In this document: one piece after another, positions 11,568 to 20,769 of the stretch
Layout of the letters: the number at the start of each line of letters is the position of its first letter
Numbering within the stretch: the stretch's first letter is position 1
Assembly (NCBI GenBank): GCA_023409735.1
Contig: JAEYRB010000010.1
Coordinates: 153,404 to 217,403, forward strand
Length of the DNA: 64,000 bases
Direction: 5' to 3'
From: Bacillota bacterium
GTDB taxonomy: Bacteria > Bacillota > Clostridia > Acetivibrionales > DTU013
Notes under the pieces: generated by a model
Told to the model about the DNA's origin: nothing
Seen by the model: only the letters and a program-made list of their open reading frames with translations
Databases searched by the model: none
Program-made: the position numbers and the translations under genes

Positions 11568-13073
11568 TCACTCCCCGGCATGTTTGATTCCAAGTATTTC
11601 GAGCTCCTTTATGCCAAGTCCTATACCGCGGAGCATCAAGCGGTTTCCTCTAAGAGCTTCTATGGAGTTAATGCCCATTGCGCCCATAAGCTCTTTAATT
11701 TCGTGATTCCATGCAGTAACAAGGTTAACAAGCCTATGATAGGCGATATCAGGATTTAATCTTTTGACAAGCTCTGGGCGCTGGGTCGCAATACCCCAGT
11801 TGCATTTTCCTGCCTGGCAGCTTCTGCACAGGTGACAGCCTATGGCGAGCAGAGCGGCAGTTGCTATATATACGGCGTCGGCTCCAAGTGCTATAGCCTT
11901 TACAACATCGGAGCTGCTGCGTATACTGCCACCGATTACAAGTGAGACATCGCCTCGGATACCTTCATCACGCAGCCTTTGATCTACGCTGGCAAGTGCA
12001 AGCTCCACAGGTATGCCTACATTATCTCTTATTCTTGTAGGAGCAGCTCCTGTGCCGCCTCTGAAGCCGTCTATAGCTATGATATCAGCGCCGCTTCTGG
12101 CTATGCCGCTTGCAATAGCAGCGATATTGTGAACAGCTGCTACCTTTACAATAACAGGCTTCTTATAGCTTGTGGCCTCTTTAAGGGAGTATACCAATTG
12201 TCTTAGATCCTCTATTGAATATATGTCATGATGAGGTGCAGGGGAGATGGCGTCCGAGCCCTCAGGTATCATTCTGGTCTTTGATATGTCGCCTACGATT
12301 TTTGAGCCGGGAAGGTGACCGCCTATGCCGGGTTTAGCACCCTGACCCATTTTTATCTCAATTGCTGCACCTGCTTCAAGATAGCCCTTATGAACTCCAA
12401 AACGTCCTGAGGCAACCTGCACTATTGTATTTGGCCCGTATTGATAGAAGTCCTCATGGAGTCCGCCCTCGCCAGTGTTATAGCAGGTACCGAGCTCACT
12501 TGCGGCAAGAGCAAGGCTTTTGTGGGCGTTATAGCTGATGGAGCCATAGGACATGGCAGAAAACATGATCGGCATTGGAAGCTCAAGCTGAGGGGACATT
12601 TTTGTTTTAATAGTCCCATCCTCGTTTCTTTCTATTTTATCGGGCTTTTTGCCAAGGAATACCTTTGTTTCCATGGGCTCTCGAAGCGGGTCTATAGGTG
12701 GATTTGTCACCTGTGATGCATTTATTAGTATTTTGTCCCAGTAAACAGGAAATTCCTTAGGGCAGCCCATTGAGGACAAAAGCACTCCTCCGCTGTCTGC
12801 CTGGCGGTATATCTCCTTTATAGACTGGTCGCTCCAGTTTGCATTTTCTCTGAAGCGGTGTTCTGAGGGCCTTATTTTAAGGGCCCTTGTGGGACACAAG
12901 GAAACACAGCGGTGACAGTTGACGCATTTTGCTTCGTCGCTGATCATAACACCAAGCTCTGAGTCAAAGCTGTGAACCTCATTTGCGCACTGCCTTTGGC
13001 AGACCTTGCATTGTATGCACCTGGAACTGTCCCGTACTACTTCGTAATCAGGATATATAAATTGTATCGGCAT
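11568..13073 (-). CDS. glutamate synthase FMN-binding domain protein (GltB domain-2-like) with N-terminal 2x[4Fe-4S]
   Basis: CIQCKVCQRQC, CVNCHRCVSLCP, then NTGEGG, GQGAKPGIGGHLPG, SPAPHHDIYSIEDL and DGFRGGTGAAP. Confidence 0.9.
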   Translation of the reverse strand: MPIQFIYPDYEVVRDSSRCIQCKVCQRQCANEVHSFDSELGVMISDEAKCVNCHRCVSLCPTRALKIRPSEHRFRENANWSDQSIKEIYRQADSGGVLLSSMGCPKEFPVYWDKILINASQVTNPPIDPLREPMETKVFLGKKPDKIERNEDGTIKTKMSPQLELPMPIMFSAMSYGSISYNAHKSLALAASELGTCYNTGEGGLHEDFYQYGPNTIVQVASGRFGVHKGYLEAGAAIEIKMGQGAKPGIGGHLPGSKIVGDISKTRMIPEGSDAISPAPHHDIYSIEDLRQLVYSLKEATSYKKPVIVKVAAVHNIAAIASGIARSGADIIAIDGFRGGTGAAPTRIRDNVGIPVELALASVDQRLRDEGIRGDVSLVIGGSIRSSSDVVKAIALGADAVYIATAALLAIGCHLCRSCQAGKCNWGIATQRPELVKRLNPDIAYHRLVNLVTAWNHEIKELMGAMGINSIEALRGNRLMLRGIGLGIKELEILGIKHAGE

Positions 13074-14167
13074 TATTTTGACCCCCTATCCAAAGTAACA
13101 ATTACAGGCTCTCCGCCCCTTGGATACCATATCCTTGAGGGGGACGGCTCCATCATTCTAATGGCGCATTCCTCACTGGCGAAGTAAACTATATCGCCCT
13201 TCTCAGCTGCCACCATCGACCTTAGCTTAAGCCTGTCATTGAGTGCCATAAGTCCACCCTCAAAGCCCAACAATATTGAGAAAGGTCCCGTAATGAGCAA
13301 GCTGCTGAAGGTGTTCCTAAGGAAGGTAAGACGCTCCTCTTCCTTTTTGCTCTTTGTTTCTATAGTGCTCCAGAAGGGAGCTGCTATAACGCTGGCAGCC
13401 TCTTCAAGAGTTAAGCCCTGTCGTCTGAGCAGGTAGTCGAATATATATGTAATTACCTCGGTATCTGTAAGCAGAGTACACTTATAACCAAACATCTCGA
13501 TATATCTCCTGTTTGCATCATAGGAGGATATCTCACCATTATGCACTATGGAATAATCCAGCATTGCAAAGGGATGCGCCCCGCCCCACCAGCCGGGAGT
13601 GTTGGTCGGATAGCGGCCATGAGCTGTCCAGCTGTAGCCTTCATATTCATCCAGACGGTAGAATTCGCCCACATCCTCGGGGAAGCCCACTGCTTTGAAT
13701 ACGCCCATGTTCTTGCCACTTGAAAACACATATGAGCCTTTGTATTCCTTGTTGATCCTCAGTACCGCTCTGGCCATGTACTCCTTTTCATCAAGCTGGC
13801 TGTCTTTAAGCTTGTTGTTGTTGGGAGCTACAAAATAGCGCCATATTAATGGCTCGTTAACTATTTTTGGCGATTTGCGTATTGGAATTTTTGAAAGATT
13901 AATAACCTCAAACATCTTATCGAGATATCTCTCACATTCATCTCTAGCTGCTATGCTGTCGTAAAATATATGGAGAGCATAGAAGTCCTTGTACTGCGGA
14001 TATATGCCATAGCCTGCAAAACCGCCGCCTAAACCATTGGACCTTTCATGCATAGTCGTCATGGACTTCACAATTGTTTCACCGCATATATTATTACCGC
14101 TTCTTGAGATTACACCTGCTATGGCGCAGCCTGACGGAATACGGATATCGCCTTCTCTTGGCAGCAT
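13073..14167 (-). CDS. class-II glutamine amidotransferase (GltB domain-1-like)
   Basis: PSGCAIAGV nucleophile context, HGRYPTNTPG, HNGEISSY; GAAGGGA 9 nt before ATG at 14167 (track ORF starts at TTG 14176). Confidence 0.85.
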   Translation of the reverse strand: MLPREGDIRIPSGCAIAGVISRSGNNICGETIVKSMTTMHERSNGLGGGFAGYGIYPQYKDFYALHIFYDSIAARDECERYLDKMFEVINLSKIPIRKSPKIVNEPLIWRYFVAPNNNKLKDSQLDEKEYMARAVLRINKEYKGSYVFSSGKNMGVFKAVGFPEDVGEFYRLDEYEGYSWTAHGRYPTNTPGWWGGAHPFAMLDYSIVHNGEISSYDANRRYIEMFGYKCTLLTDTEVITYIFDYLLRRQGLTLEEAASVIAAPFWSTIETKSKKEEERLTFLRNTFSSLLITGPFSILLGFEGGLMALNDRLKLRSMVAAEKGDIVYFASEECAIRMMEPSPSRIWYPRGGEPVIVTLDRGSK

Positions 14168-14186
14168 ATTCTTCAATCCCTTCTGT

Positions 14187-14239
14187 AAAAAATAAAAGCG
14201 CTCACAAAGAGATATGTGTATCTCTTAATGAACGCCTTT
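14187..14239 (-). promoter_or_regulatory. leader hairpin plus U-tract in the 5' UTR of the GOGAT-glnA operon (candidate attenuator)
   Basis: Minus-strand RNA: AAAG(G)CG..[AAGAGATA-caca-TATCTCTT]..CGCTTT then TATTTTTT, lying between the promoter and the RBS. Confidence 0.45.
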
Positions 14240-14250
14240 GTTCTTTTAAC

Positions 14251-14279
14251 AGTATATGCCTGTGCATATGATTTGTCAA
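14251..14279 (-). promoter_or_regulatory. sigma-A-type promoter of the GOGAT-glnA-ANTAR operon
   Basis: Minus strand TTGACA (14279-14274), 17-nt spacer, TATACT (14256-14251). Confidence 0.6.
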
Positions 14280-14403
14280 TAATAAATGAATGATTTAATA
14301 ACAAAACTTGCAGTAATGGCTTAAAAGAATGTTGAAATACAAACATTTGACTAACTAATAACAAGAATATGAAAGAAAATATTTAAAACTTGCATTTTTA
14401 CTA

Positions 14404-14432
14404 TTGACAATGCATAAACATGATAGTAGAAT
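14404..14432 (+). promoter_or_regulatory. sigma-A-type promoter of glnN-amt
   Basis: TTGACA 14404-14409, exactly 17 nt, TAGAAT 14427-14432. Confidence 0.65.
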
Positions 14433-14442
14433 GATTGCATTG

Positions 14443-14497
14443 AAACGGCAAAGACGCCGCAGGATTTAACTGTGGTGTCTTTGCCGTTTTTTGTTTT
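14443..14497 (+). terminator. intrinsic terminator inside the glnN 5' leader (attenuator)
   Basis: AAACGGCAAAGAC(GCCGCAG-gatttaa-CTGTGGT)GTCTTTGCCGTTT followed by TTTGTTTT, located between the promoter and the GGGGTGAG RBS of glnN. Confidence 0.8.
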
Positions 14498-14519
14498 AAT
14501 TTTTTGAAGGGGTGAGATT

Positions 14520-16616
14520 ATGAGTAATGTACCTGAAATGTTCGGATGTATGGTATTCAATGATGCAGCAATGAAACAGAGACTTCCAAAAGAAACATAC
14601 AAGGCGATGCAAAATGCCATAAAGAATGGCCAGCGCCTTAATATCGACATAGCAAATGTAGTAGCAAATGCAATGAAGGATTGGGCAGCCGAAAAGGGTG
14701 CAACACATTTTACGCATTGGTTTCAGCCAATGACCGGTATTACAGCGGAAAAGCATGATAGCTTTATAGCGCCGGTGGAAGGCGGTAAGGTTATAATGGA
14801 ATTTTCAGGAAAGGAGCTTGTACACGGCGAGCCCGATGCGTCGAGTTTCCCCTCAGGTGGACTCAGAGCTACATTTGAAGCCAGAGGCTACACTGCGTGG
14901 GATCCTACATCATACGCTTTTATAAAGGATAAGACACTGTGTATACCTACGGCCTTCTGCTCCTATGACGGAAAGGCGCTGGATAAGAAAACGCCGCTTC
15001 TCAGGTCGATGGAGGCCATTAACAGGCAGGCACTTCGTGTCCTTAAACTATTCGGGAATGAGGATGTGACTTCTGTTAACACCACGATAGGGCCTGAGCA
15101 GGAGTATTTCATTATCGACAAGGGTGTGTATGAAAGACGTAAGGACTTGATATTTGCAGGTCGCACACTTTTCGGAGCAAAACCGCCTAAAGGACAGGAG
15201 CTGGAGGACCACTATTTCGGAGCTATTAAGCCCAGAATATCAGCATTTATGCAGGAGCTTGACGAAGAGCTGTGGAGACTTGGTGTGCTTGCGAAAACGA
15301 AGCATAACGAAGTAGCCCCGGCACAGCACGAACTGGCGCCTATTTTTGAGACCGTAAACATAGCAACAGATCATAATCAATTAACTATGGAGACTATGAA
15401 AAAGGTAGCTCAGAAGCATGGAATGGTATGCCTGCTGCATGAAAAACCCTTTGCAGGTGTTAATGGAAGCGGTAAGCATAATAACTGGTCGATCAGCACA
15501 AATACCGGTGTGAATCTTCTTGAACCGGGTGATACACCCCATGAGAACGCGCAGTTCCTGTTGTTTTTATGCGCTGTTATTAAGGCTGTTGATGATTATC
15601 AGGATCTCCTGAGAATATCAGTTGCAACAGCGGGTAATGACCACAGGCTTGGTGCAAATGAAGCTCCTCCTGCAGTTGTATCAATATTTTTGGGAAGTGA
15701 GCTAAGTGAAATACTCGACTCTATCGAAAAGGGTACAGCCTATGATGTAAAGGAAAAGACGCAGTTGAAGGTTGGCGTCCATGTCCTTCCGCGATTCCCC
15801 AGAGATATGACAGACCGCAACAGAACCTCACCATTTGCCTTTACAGGCAACAAATTTGAATTCCGCATGCCCGGTTCATCTCTGTCTGTGGCGGGAGTTA
15901 ACGTAGTGCTTAATACAGCAGTTGCTGAGGAACTGAGACAATTTGCCGACAGACTTGAGGTTTCACAGAGTTTGAATGATGACCTGAATAAACTTATAAA
16001 GGATGTTGTAAGCCGGCATAAGCGGATATTGTTCAACGGAAACGGTTATGATGAGGAATGGATAAAGGAAGCAACTGAAAAACGTGGGCTTCTCAATCTT
16101 AAGACTACACCTGACTGTATGCCTTATTTCCTGCATGAAAAGAACATAGCGCTGTTTACTTCCCACAGAGTATTTTCAGAGGCAGAAATGAAGTCTCGGT
16201 ATGAAATACTCCTGGACAATTATTGTAAGACGATCAGAATAGAAGCTCTTACAATGCTTCAAATGTCAAAGCAGGATATCCTGCCGGCAATTTCGGCATA
16301 TGTTAAGGAGCTAAGCTTGACAGCTGCCGCTAAGAAGCAGTGCGTTACAACGGCGGATTGCACATTTGAAGAAAAAACCGTTGAGAAGTTATCCGGATTA
16401 TGCGCTGCAATTTATAGGAATATGAGCAGCCTTGATGCTATTATGCTTGATGTACAAAACAACAAGGATACTACGGATCAAGCTGTATTTATAAAGGATA
16501 ATGTAATACCTATGATGAATGAGCTGCGCGCTACAGTTGATGAGGCAGAAACACTATGTTCAGCGAATTGGTGGCCGATGCCCACATATGGAGAGCTATT
16601 GTTCAGCGTAAAATAG
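14520..16616 (+). CDS. glnN: glutamine synthetase, type III
   Basis: 698 aa; N-terminus [20 protein letters not shown] and core [31 protein letters not shown] and [14 protein letters not shown] match the GS-III class. Confidence 0.9.
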   Translation: MSNVPEMFGCMVFNDAAMKQRLPKETYKAMQNAIKNGQRLNIDIANVVANAMKDWAAEKGATHFTHWFQPMTGITAEKHDSFIAPVEGGKVIMEFSGKELVHGEPDASSFPSGGLRATFEARGYTAWDPTSYAFIKDKTLCIPTAFCSYDGKALDKKTPLLRSMEAINRQALRVLKLFGNEDVTSVNTTIGPEQEYFIIDKGVYERRKDLIFAGRTLFGAKPPKGQELEDHYFGAIKPRISAFMQELDEELWRLGVLAKTKHNEVAPAQHELAPIFETVNIATDHNQLTMETMKKVAQKHGMVCLLHEKPFAGVNGSGKHNNWSISTNTGVNLLEPGDTPHENAQFLLFLCAVIKAVDDYQDLLRISVATAGNDHRLGANEAPPAVVSIFLGSELSEILDSIEKGTAYDVKEKTQLKVGVHVLPRFPRDMTDRNRTSPFAFTGNKFEFRMPGSSLSVAGVNVVLNTAVAEELRQFADRLEVSQSLNDDLNKLIKDVVSRHKRILFNGNGYDEEWIKEATEKRGLLNLKTTPDCMPYFLHEKNIALFTSHRVFSEAEMKSRYEILLDNYCKTIRIEALTMLQMSKQDILPAISAYVKELSLTAAAKKQCVTTADCTFEEKTVEKLSGLCAAIYRNMSSLDAIMLDVQNNKDTTDQAVFIKDNVIPMMNELRATVDEAETLCSANWWPMPTYGELLFSVK

Positions 16617-16727
16617 TCAGGTTAATTTTATAATTGTTTAATTAATGCGTTGCCTGAAGGGCTACGGCAAAAAGACGAGAGGGGCTCGAGGTACCCGAAA
16701 CTTTTATTATTCAAGGGAGGCGAATGT

Positions 16728-18455
16728 ATGGATAAATATCTAGAACTATTCTCTGATGTCAATACCATGTGGGTGTTAATAGCGTCAGCACTTGTATTCT
16801 TTATGCAGGCTGGGTTTGCTATGGTTGAAACCGGATTTACTCGTGCAAAAAATGCCGGAAACATTATAATGAAGAATATGATGGACTTCTGTATCGGGGC
16901 ACCGCTTTATTGGATCGTGGGCTTCGGTATAATGTTTGGCACACAAAGTGCAATATTTGGCGGAATCGATATTTTAACACAGGGCGACTATAGCGCAGTG
17001 TTGCCGGAGGGTGTCAGCTTTTTCAGCTATTTTATATTCCAGACGGTTTTTTGCGGAACAGCTGCAACAATAGTTTCAGGAGCAATGGCTGAGAGAACTA
17101 AATTCAGTGCCTACTGCATATATAGTGCTATGATCAGTCTTATAATATATCCTGTATCAGGTCACTGGATATGGGGCGGCGGCTGGCTGGCTCAGTTGGG
17201 CTTCCATGATTTTGCTGGTTCAACAGCGGTGCATCTTGTTGGTGGTATATGTGCGCTTGTAGGCGCTTCTATACTTGGACCTCGTATAGGCAAATATGAT
17301 AAAAATGGTAAACCTCAGGCAATTCCGGGACACAGCCTTACCTTGGGTGCACTTGGTGTATTTATACTATGGTTTTGCTGGTTTGGCTTCAATGGCGGTT
17401 CAACTGTATCAATGTCAAATGGCGGAGCTGAGCTGGCCGGAAAGGTTTTCTTCAACACGAATCTCGCAGCAGCAACCGCAACTGTAGCAGTTATGATAAT
17501 TACATGGATAAGATATAGAAAGCCCGACGTGTCAATGACTCTTAACGGTTCCTTGGCGGGACTAGTAGCAATTACAGCCGGATGTGACGTAGTAAACCCT
17601 TGGGCAGCAGCAGTCATAGGAATAATTGCAGGAACTGCAGTTGTATTCGGAATCGAATTTATTGATAAGGTAATGAAGATCGACGACCCAGTCGGAGCCG
17701 TGGGCGTACACTTTATGAATGGTGCACTTGGAACGATTCTTACAGGTGTATTCGCTTCAAATGAAGCTCTCGAAGACATGGGAATGAGCCGTCTGCACTT
17801 TCTTGGAGTTGAGGTTCTGGGCGTGCTTGTAACAACCTTGTGGGCGGGTGTAGCAATAAGTATAGTCTTCTTCATAATAAAGAAAACTGTTGGACTTCGT
17901 GCCGATGCCCAGGCAGAAATCGATGGACTTGATATTCATGAGCACGGCCTTGTGAATGCATACGCCGACTTCATGCCATCAATTCCTGCAGTGAATGTGG
18001 ATGTTGCACTGCCCGGTATACCTAAGGGCTCGATACCGGTTGATGAGGCAGTACCGGTTCAGCTTAAGACCTTCTCTGGAACGGTTACCGGCTCTGATGT
18101 AAAAATGAGCAAGGTAGAGATTATATTTAAGCAGGAGCGCTTTGAAGCTTTTAAGGAAGCAATGCTGGGAATAGGCATAACAGGAATGACTGTTACTCAT
18201 GTGCTTGGCTGCGGTGTACAGAAGGGAAAGCCGGAATATTACCGAGGTATTATTCAGCAGATAGAGCTTCTGCCCAAGGTTCAGGTTGAGATAGTCGTTT
18301 GCAAGGTGCCTGTGCGAACAGTAATTGAAACAGCTAAGAGAGTATTGTACACAGGACATATAGGTGATGGAAAAATATTTGTATATGATGTTGAAAATGT
18401 TGTAAAGGTTCGCACCGGTGAAGAAGGCTATGATGCTCTGCAGGATGTTGAATAA
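16728..18455 (+). CDS. amt: ammonium transporter (Amt) fused in frame to a C-terminal P-II (GlnB/GlnK) domain
   Basis: Amt core (FMQAGFAMVETG, DFAGSTAVHLVGG, GWFGFNGGS, GVHFMNGALG), ~50-aa linker, then MSKVEIIFK...GITGMTVTHVLGCGVQKG...IGDGKIFVYDVENVVKVRTGEEG from 18105; AGGGAGG before ATG 16728. Confidence 0.9.
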   Translation: MDKYLELFSDVNTMWVLIASALVFFMQAGFAMVETGFTRAKNAGNIIMKNMMDFCIGAPLYWIVGFGIMFGTQSAIFGGIDILTQGDYSAVLPEGVSFFSYFIFQTVFCGTAATIVSGAMAERTKFSAYCIYSAMISLIIYPVSGHWIWGGGWLAQLGFHDFAGSTAVHLVGGICALVGASILGPRIGKYDKNGKPQAIPGHSLTLGALGVFILWFCWFGFNGGSTVSMSNGGAELAGKVFFNTNLAAATATVAVMIITWIRYRKPDVSMTLNGSLAGLVAITAGCDVVNPWAAAVIGIIAGTAVVFGIEFIDKVMKIDDPVGAVGVHFMNGALGTILTGVFASNEALEDMGMSRLHFLGVEVLGVLVTTLWAGVAISIVFFIIKKTVGLRADAQAEIDGLDIHEHGLVNAYADFMPSIPAVNVDVALPGIPKGSIPVDEAVPVQLKTFSGTVTGSDVKMSKVEIIFKQERFEAFKEAMLGIGITGMTVTHVLGCGVQKGKPEYYRGIIQQIELLPKVQVEIVVCKVPVRTVIETAKRVLYTGHIGDGKIFVYDVENVVKVRTGEEGYDALQDVE

Positions 18456-18794
18456 GACATTAAAATGACTATGATACACTGCATGGATCGTCAGTACGGC
18501 ATGTCCCATTCATACAGGCAGCCTGCAGAAATGTAATGCATGTAAGATATAGCTTAAAGACATAAGCCTTATCCGCAAGCAGTGAGCAGGTATGTAATGT
18601 ACTCCATGTTAGAGTTAGCCATGTATTGTCTATTAATATGCAAGTGAATTATCTATCAATCAAAATTGAGTTGTTAGTAAAGCTGCGTTACTTACACCAC
18701 GAGCATTAGACAGTGGGTAATGCTTCACACATGTGTGCGGTAGCGAAATACTCATGATTCATTACTAGAAGTAACTGATATAGTAAATCAAGCC

Positions 18795-18839
18795 CCGGAG
18801 GTGTAGAATAAATGCCTCCGGCGGCAGCATTTTTGGAGG
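18795..18839 (+). promoter_or_regulatory. asnB leader hairpin with possible anti-Shine-Dalgarno alternative
   Basis: CCGGAGG (18795-18801), 13-nt loop, CCTCCGG (18815-18821), then CATTTTT and the SD GGAGG (18835-18839); CCTCC could pair with either GGAGG. Confidence 0.35.
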
Positions 18840-18848
18840 TAAATTGAT

Positions 18849-20429
18849 ATGTGTTGTATTATGGCTATAGACAGAAGCAATATTGGAATGGAAAGATTTA
18901 TACAATGCTTCAACCGTACTGTTTCCAGGGGACCTGACATGACAAGGGTGATCGAACTGGATAACGGGGGGATTATGGGCTTTCACCGTCTGGCTATTAT
19001 GGGCCTTGACGAAAGCGGAATGCAGCCGTTTACACTTAATAACAATTATATAGTATGTAATGGTGAAATGTACGGCTTTCGCAAAATGAAGCAACAGCTA
19101 TCTGAAAAATACTGCTTCGTGAGTAATTCGGACTGCGAAATACTGCTGCCAATGTATGAGAGCTATGGCTATGATATGTTCAGAAGGCTTGATGCGGAAT
19201 TTGCCATGATTATTTATGACAGCAGGAAAAAATCCTTTGTAGCGGCTAGAGATCCCATAGGTATAAGACCTTTATTTTATGGTGAAGGTCATGAGGGTGA
19301 GATGCTGTTCGCCTCTGAAGCTAAGAATCTGGTAGGCTTGACAGACAAGATAATGCCTTTTCCTCCGGGTTATTATTATGCAGAAGGTAAATTCACTTGC
19401 TACTGCAACATAGCTCAAAGGCAGGAGTATGTTACTAATGACTTGGAGACTGCATGCAGGAATATACATGATAAGCTGGTTAAAGGGATAGAAAAAAGAC
19501 TTGATGCTGATGCCCCTGTGGGCTTTCTTCTGAGTGGCGGCCTTGACAGCTCACTGGTATGCTCGGTGGCTGCAAAAATTCTAGGAAAGCCTATACGTAC
19601 CTTTGCCATAGGGATGAGCGGGGATGCGATAGACCTGAAATACGCTCGCCAGGTAGCTGAATACATAGGCAGCGAGCATAGAGAAATAATTATTGACAGA
19701 CATAAGGTGCTTACATCCATAGCCGAGGTCATAAGCGTGCTTGGCACTTACGATATTACAACCATAAGGGCAAGTATTGGCATGTACCTGATCTGTAAGG
19801 CAATACATGAAACCACAGATATACGCGTCCTGTTGACAGGCGAGATATCTGACGAAATATTCGGGTATAAATATACTGATTTTGCGCCTTCAGCTGAGGA
19901 ATTCCAGTTGGAAGCGGAAAAACGCCTTCGGGAGCTGCACATGTATGATGTACTAAGAGCTGACAGGTGTATCTCATCTAATTCTATTGAGGCAAGGGTA
20001 CCCTTCGGTGATTTGGATTTCGTAAAATATGTTATGAGCATTCCGGCTGAAATGAAGCTTAATACCTATGGTAAGGGCAAATATCTGCTCAGACATGCAT
20101 TTGAAGGAGACTATCTTCCGGATAACATACTCTACCGTGAAAAAGCTGCCTTCAGTGATGCGGTGGGCCACTCCATGGTAGATTATATAAAGGAATATGC
20201 AGAAGAATATTACAGTGATAATGAATATGAGGAGAAACGAATGAAGTATTCGTTCGCAACGCCATTTACAAAGGAATCACTGCTGTATAGGGAAGTGTTT
20301 GAAAAGTACTATCCAGCACAGGCGGAGATGGTCAAGGATTTCTGGATGCCTAACAAGACATGGGAAGGCTGCAATGTGGATGATCCCTCTGCAAGAGTGT
20401 TGAAGAATTACGGCGGCAGCGGCGAGTAA
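18849..20429 (+). CDS. asnB: asparagine synthase (glutamine-hydrolysing), AsnB type
   Basis: N-terminal MC nucleophile, FLLSGGLDSS PP-loop, typical AsnB C-terminal half. Confidence 0.9.
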   Translation: MCCIMAIDRSNIGMERFIQCFNRTVSRGPDMTRVIELDNGGIMGFHRLAIMGLDESGMQPFTLNNNYIVCNGEMYGFRKMKQQLSEKYCFVSNSDCEILLPMYESYGYDMFRRLDAEFAMIIYDSRKKSFVAARDPIGIRPLFYGEGHEGEMLFASEAKNLVGLTDKIMPFPPGYYYAEGKFTCYCNIAQRQEYVTNDLETACRNIHDKLVKGIEKRLDADAPVGFLLSGGLDSSLVCSVAAKILGKPIRTFAIGMSGDAIDLKYARQVAEYIGSEHREIIIDRHKVLTSIAEVISVLGTYDITTIRASIGMYLICKAIHETTDIRVLLTGEISDEIFGYKYTDFAPSAEEFQLEAEKRLRELHMYDVLRADRCISSNSIEARVPFGDLDFVKYVMSIPAEMKLNTYGKGKYLLRHAFEGDYLPDNILYREKAAFSDAVGHSMVDYIKEYAEEYYSDNEYEEKRMKYSFATPFTKESLLYREVFEKYYPAQAEMVKDFWMPNKTWEGCNVDDPSARVLKNYGGSGE

Positions 20430-20720
20430 CCTCGATGCTAAAGAATTACAACGGCAGTAGGGGCCTCTAGACTTCAGTGCCGAAGAATATAGAGGCAACA
20501 GGGGCATGTAGATCACGGTGCTGAAGGAATGCTGCGACCGAGTGGTCTATGCCCCCAACCCAATGCCGAAGAATTGCAGCGGGTAGCGGCGAGTAGACTT
20601 CAGTGCCGAAGAATTACGGCAGCAGCGGTGAGTAACCTCGATGCTAAAGAATTACAACGGCAGCGTCGAGTAACATGTGGCGAAGTAGCGCAGCTAGCCG
20701 CTGCAAATCAACTGGCCCCT
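20398..20720. repeat. ~40-bp degenerate tandem array (~8 units) starting inside the last codons of asnB
   Basis: TG(C/T)(C/T)GAAGAATTACGGCGGCAGCGGCGAGTAA-like units at ~20398, 20436, 20478, 20519, 20564, 20604, 20642 and 20678; several retain a TAA or TAG. Confidence 0.8.
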
Positions 20721-20769
20721 CAACGCAGCTAGCCGTTACTGCCAGTTCCTCAGCGTCGCAACAAAGCAG

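Noticed and set aside
16617-16727. Possible second ANTAR or terminator element between glnN and amt
   Set aside because: Only weak 5-bp stems are present and there is no U-tract. The genes are most simply co-transcribed.
20529-20732. 67-aa plus-strand ORF (MLRPSGLCPQPNAEELQRVAASRLQ...)
   Set aside because: It lies entirely within the degenerate asnB-echo array. Its repetitive AEELQR/AKELQR peptide merely reflects the DNA repeat, and it has no RBS.
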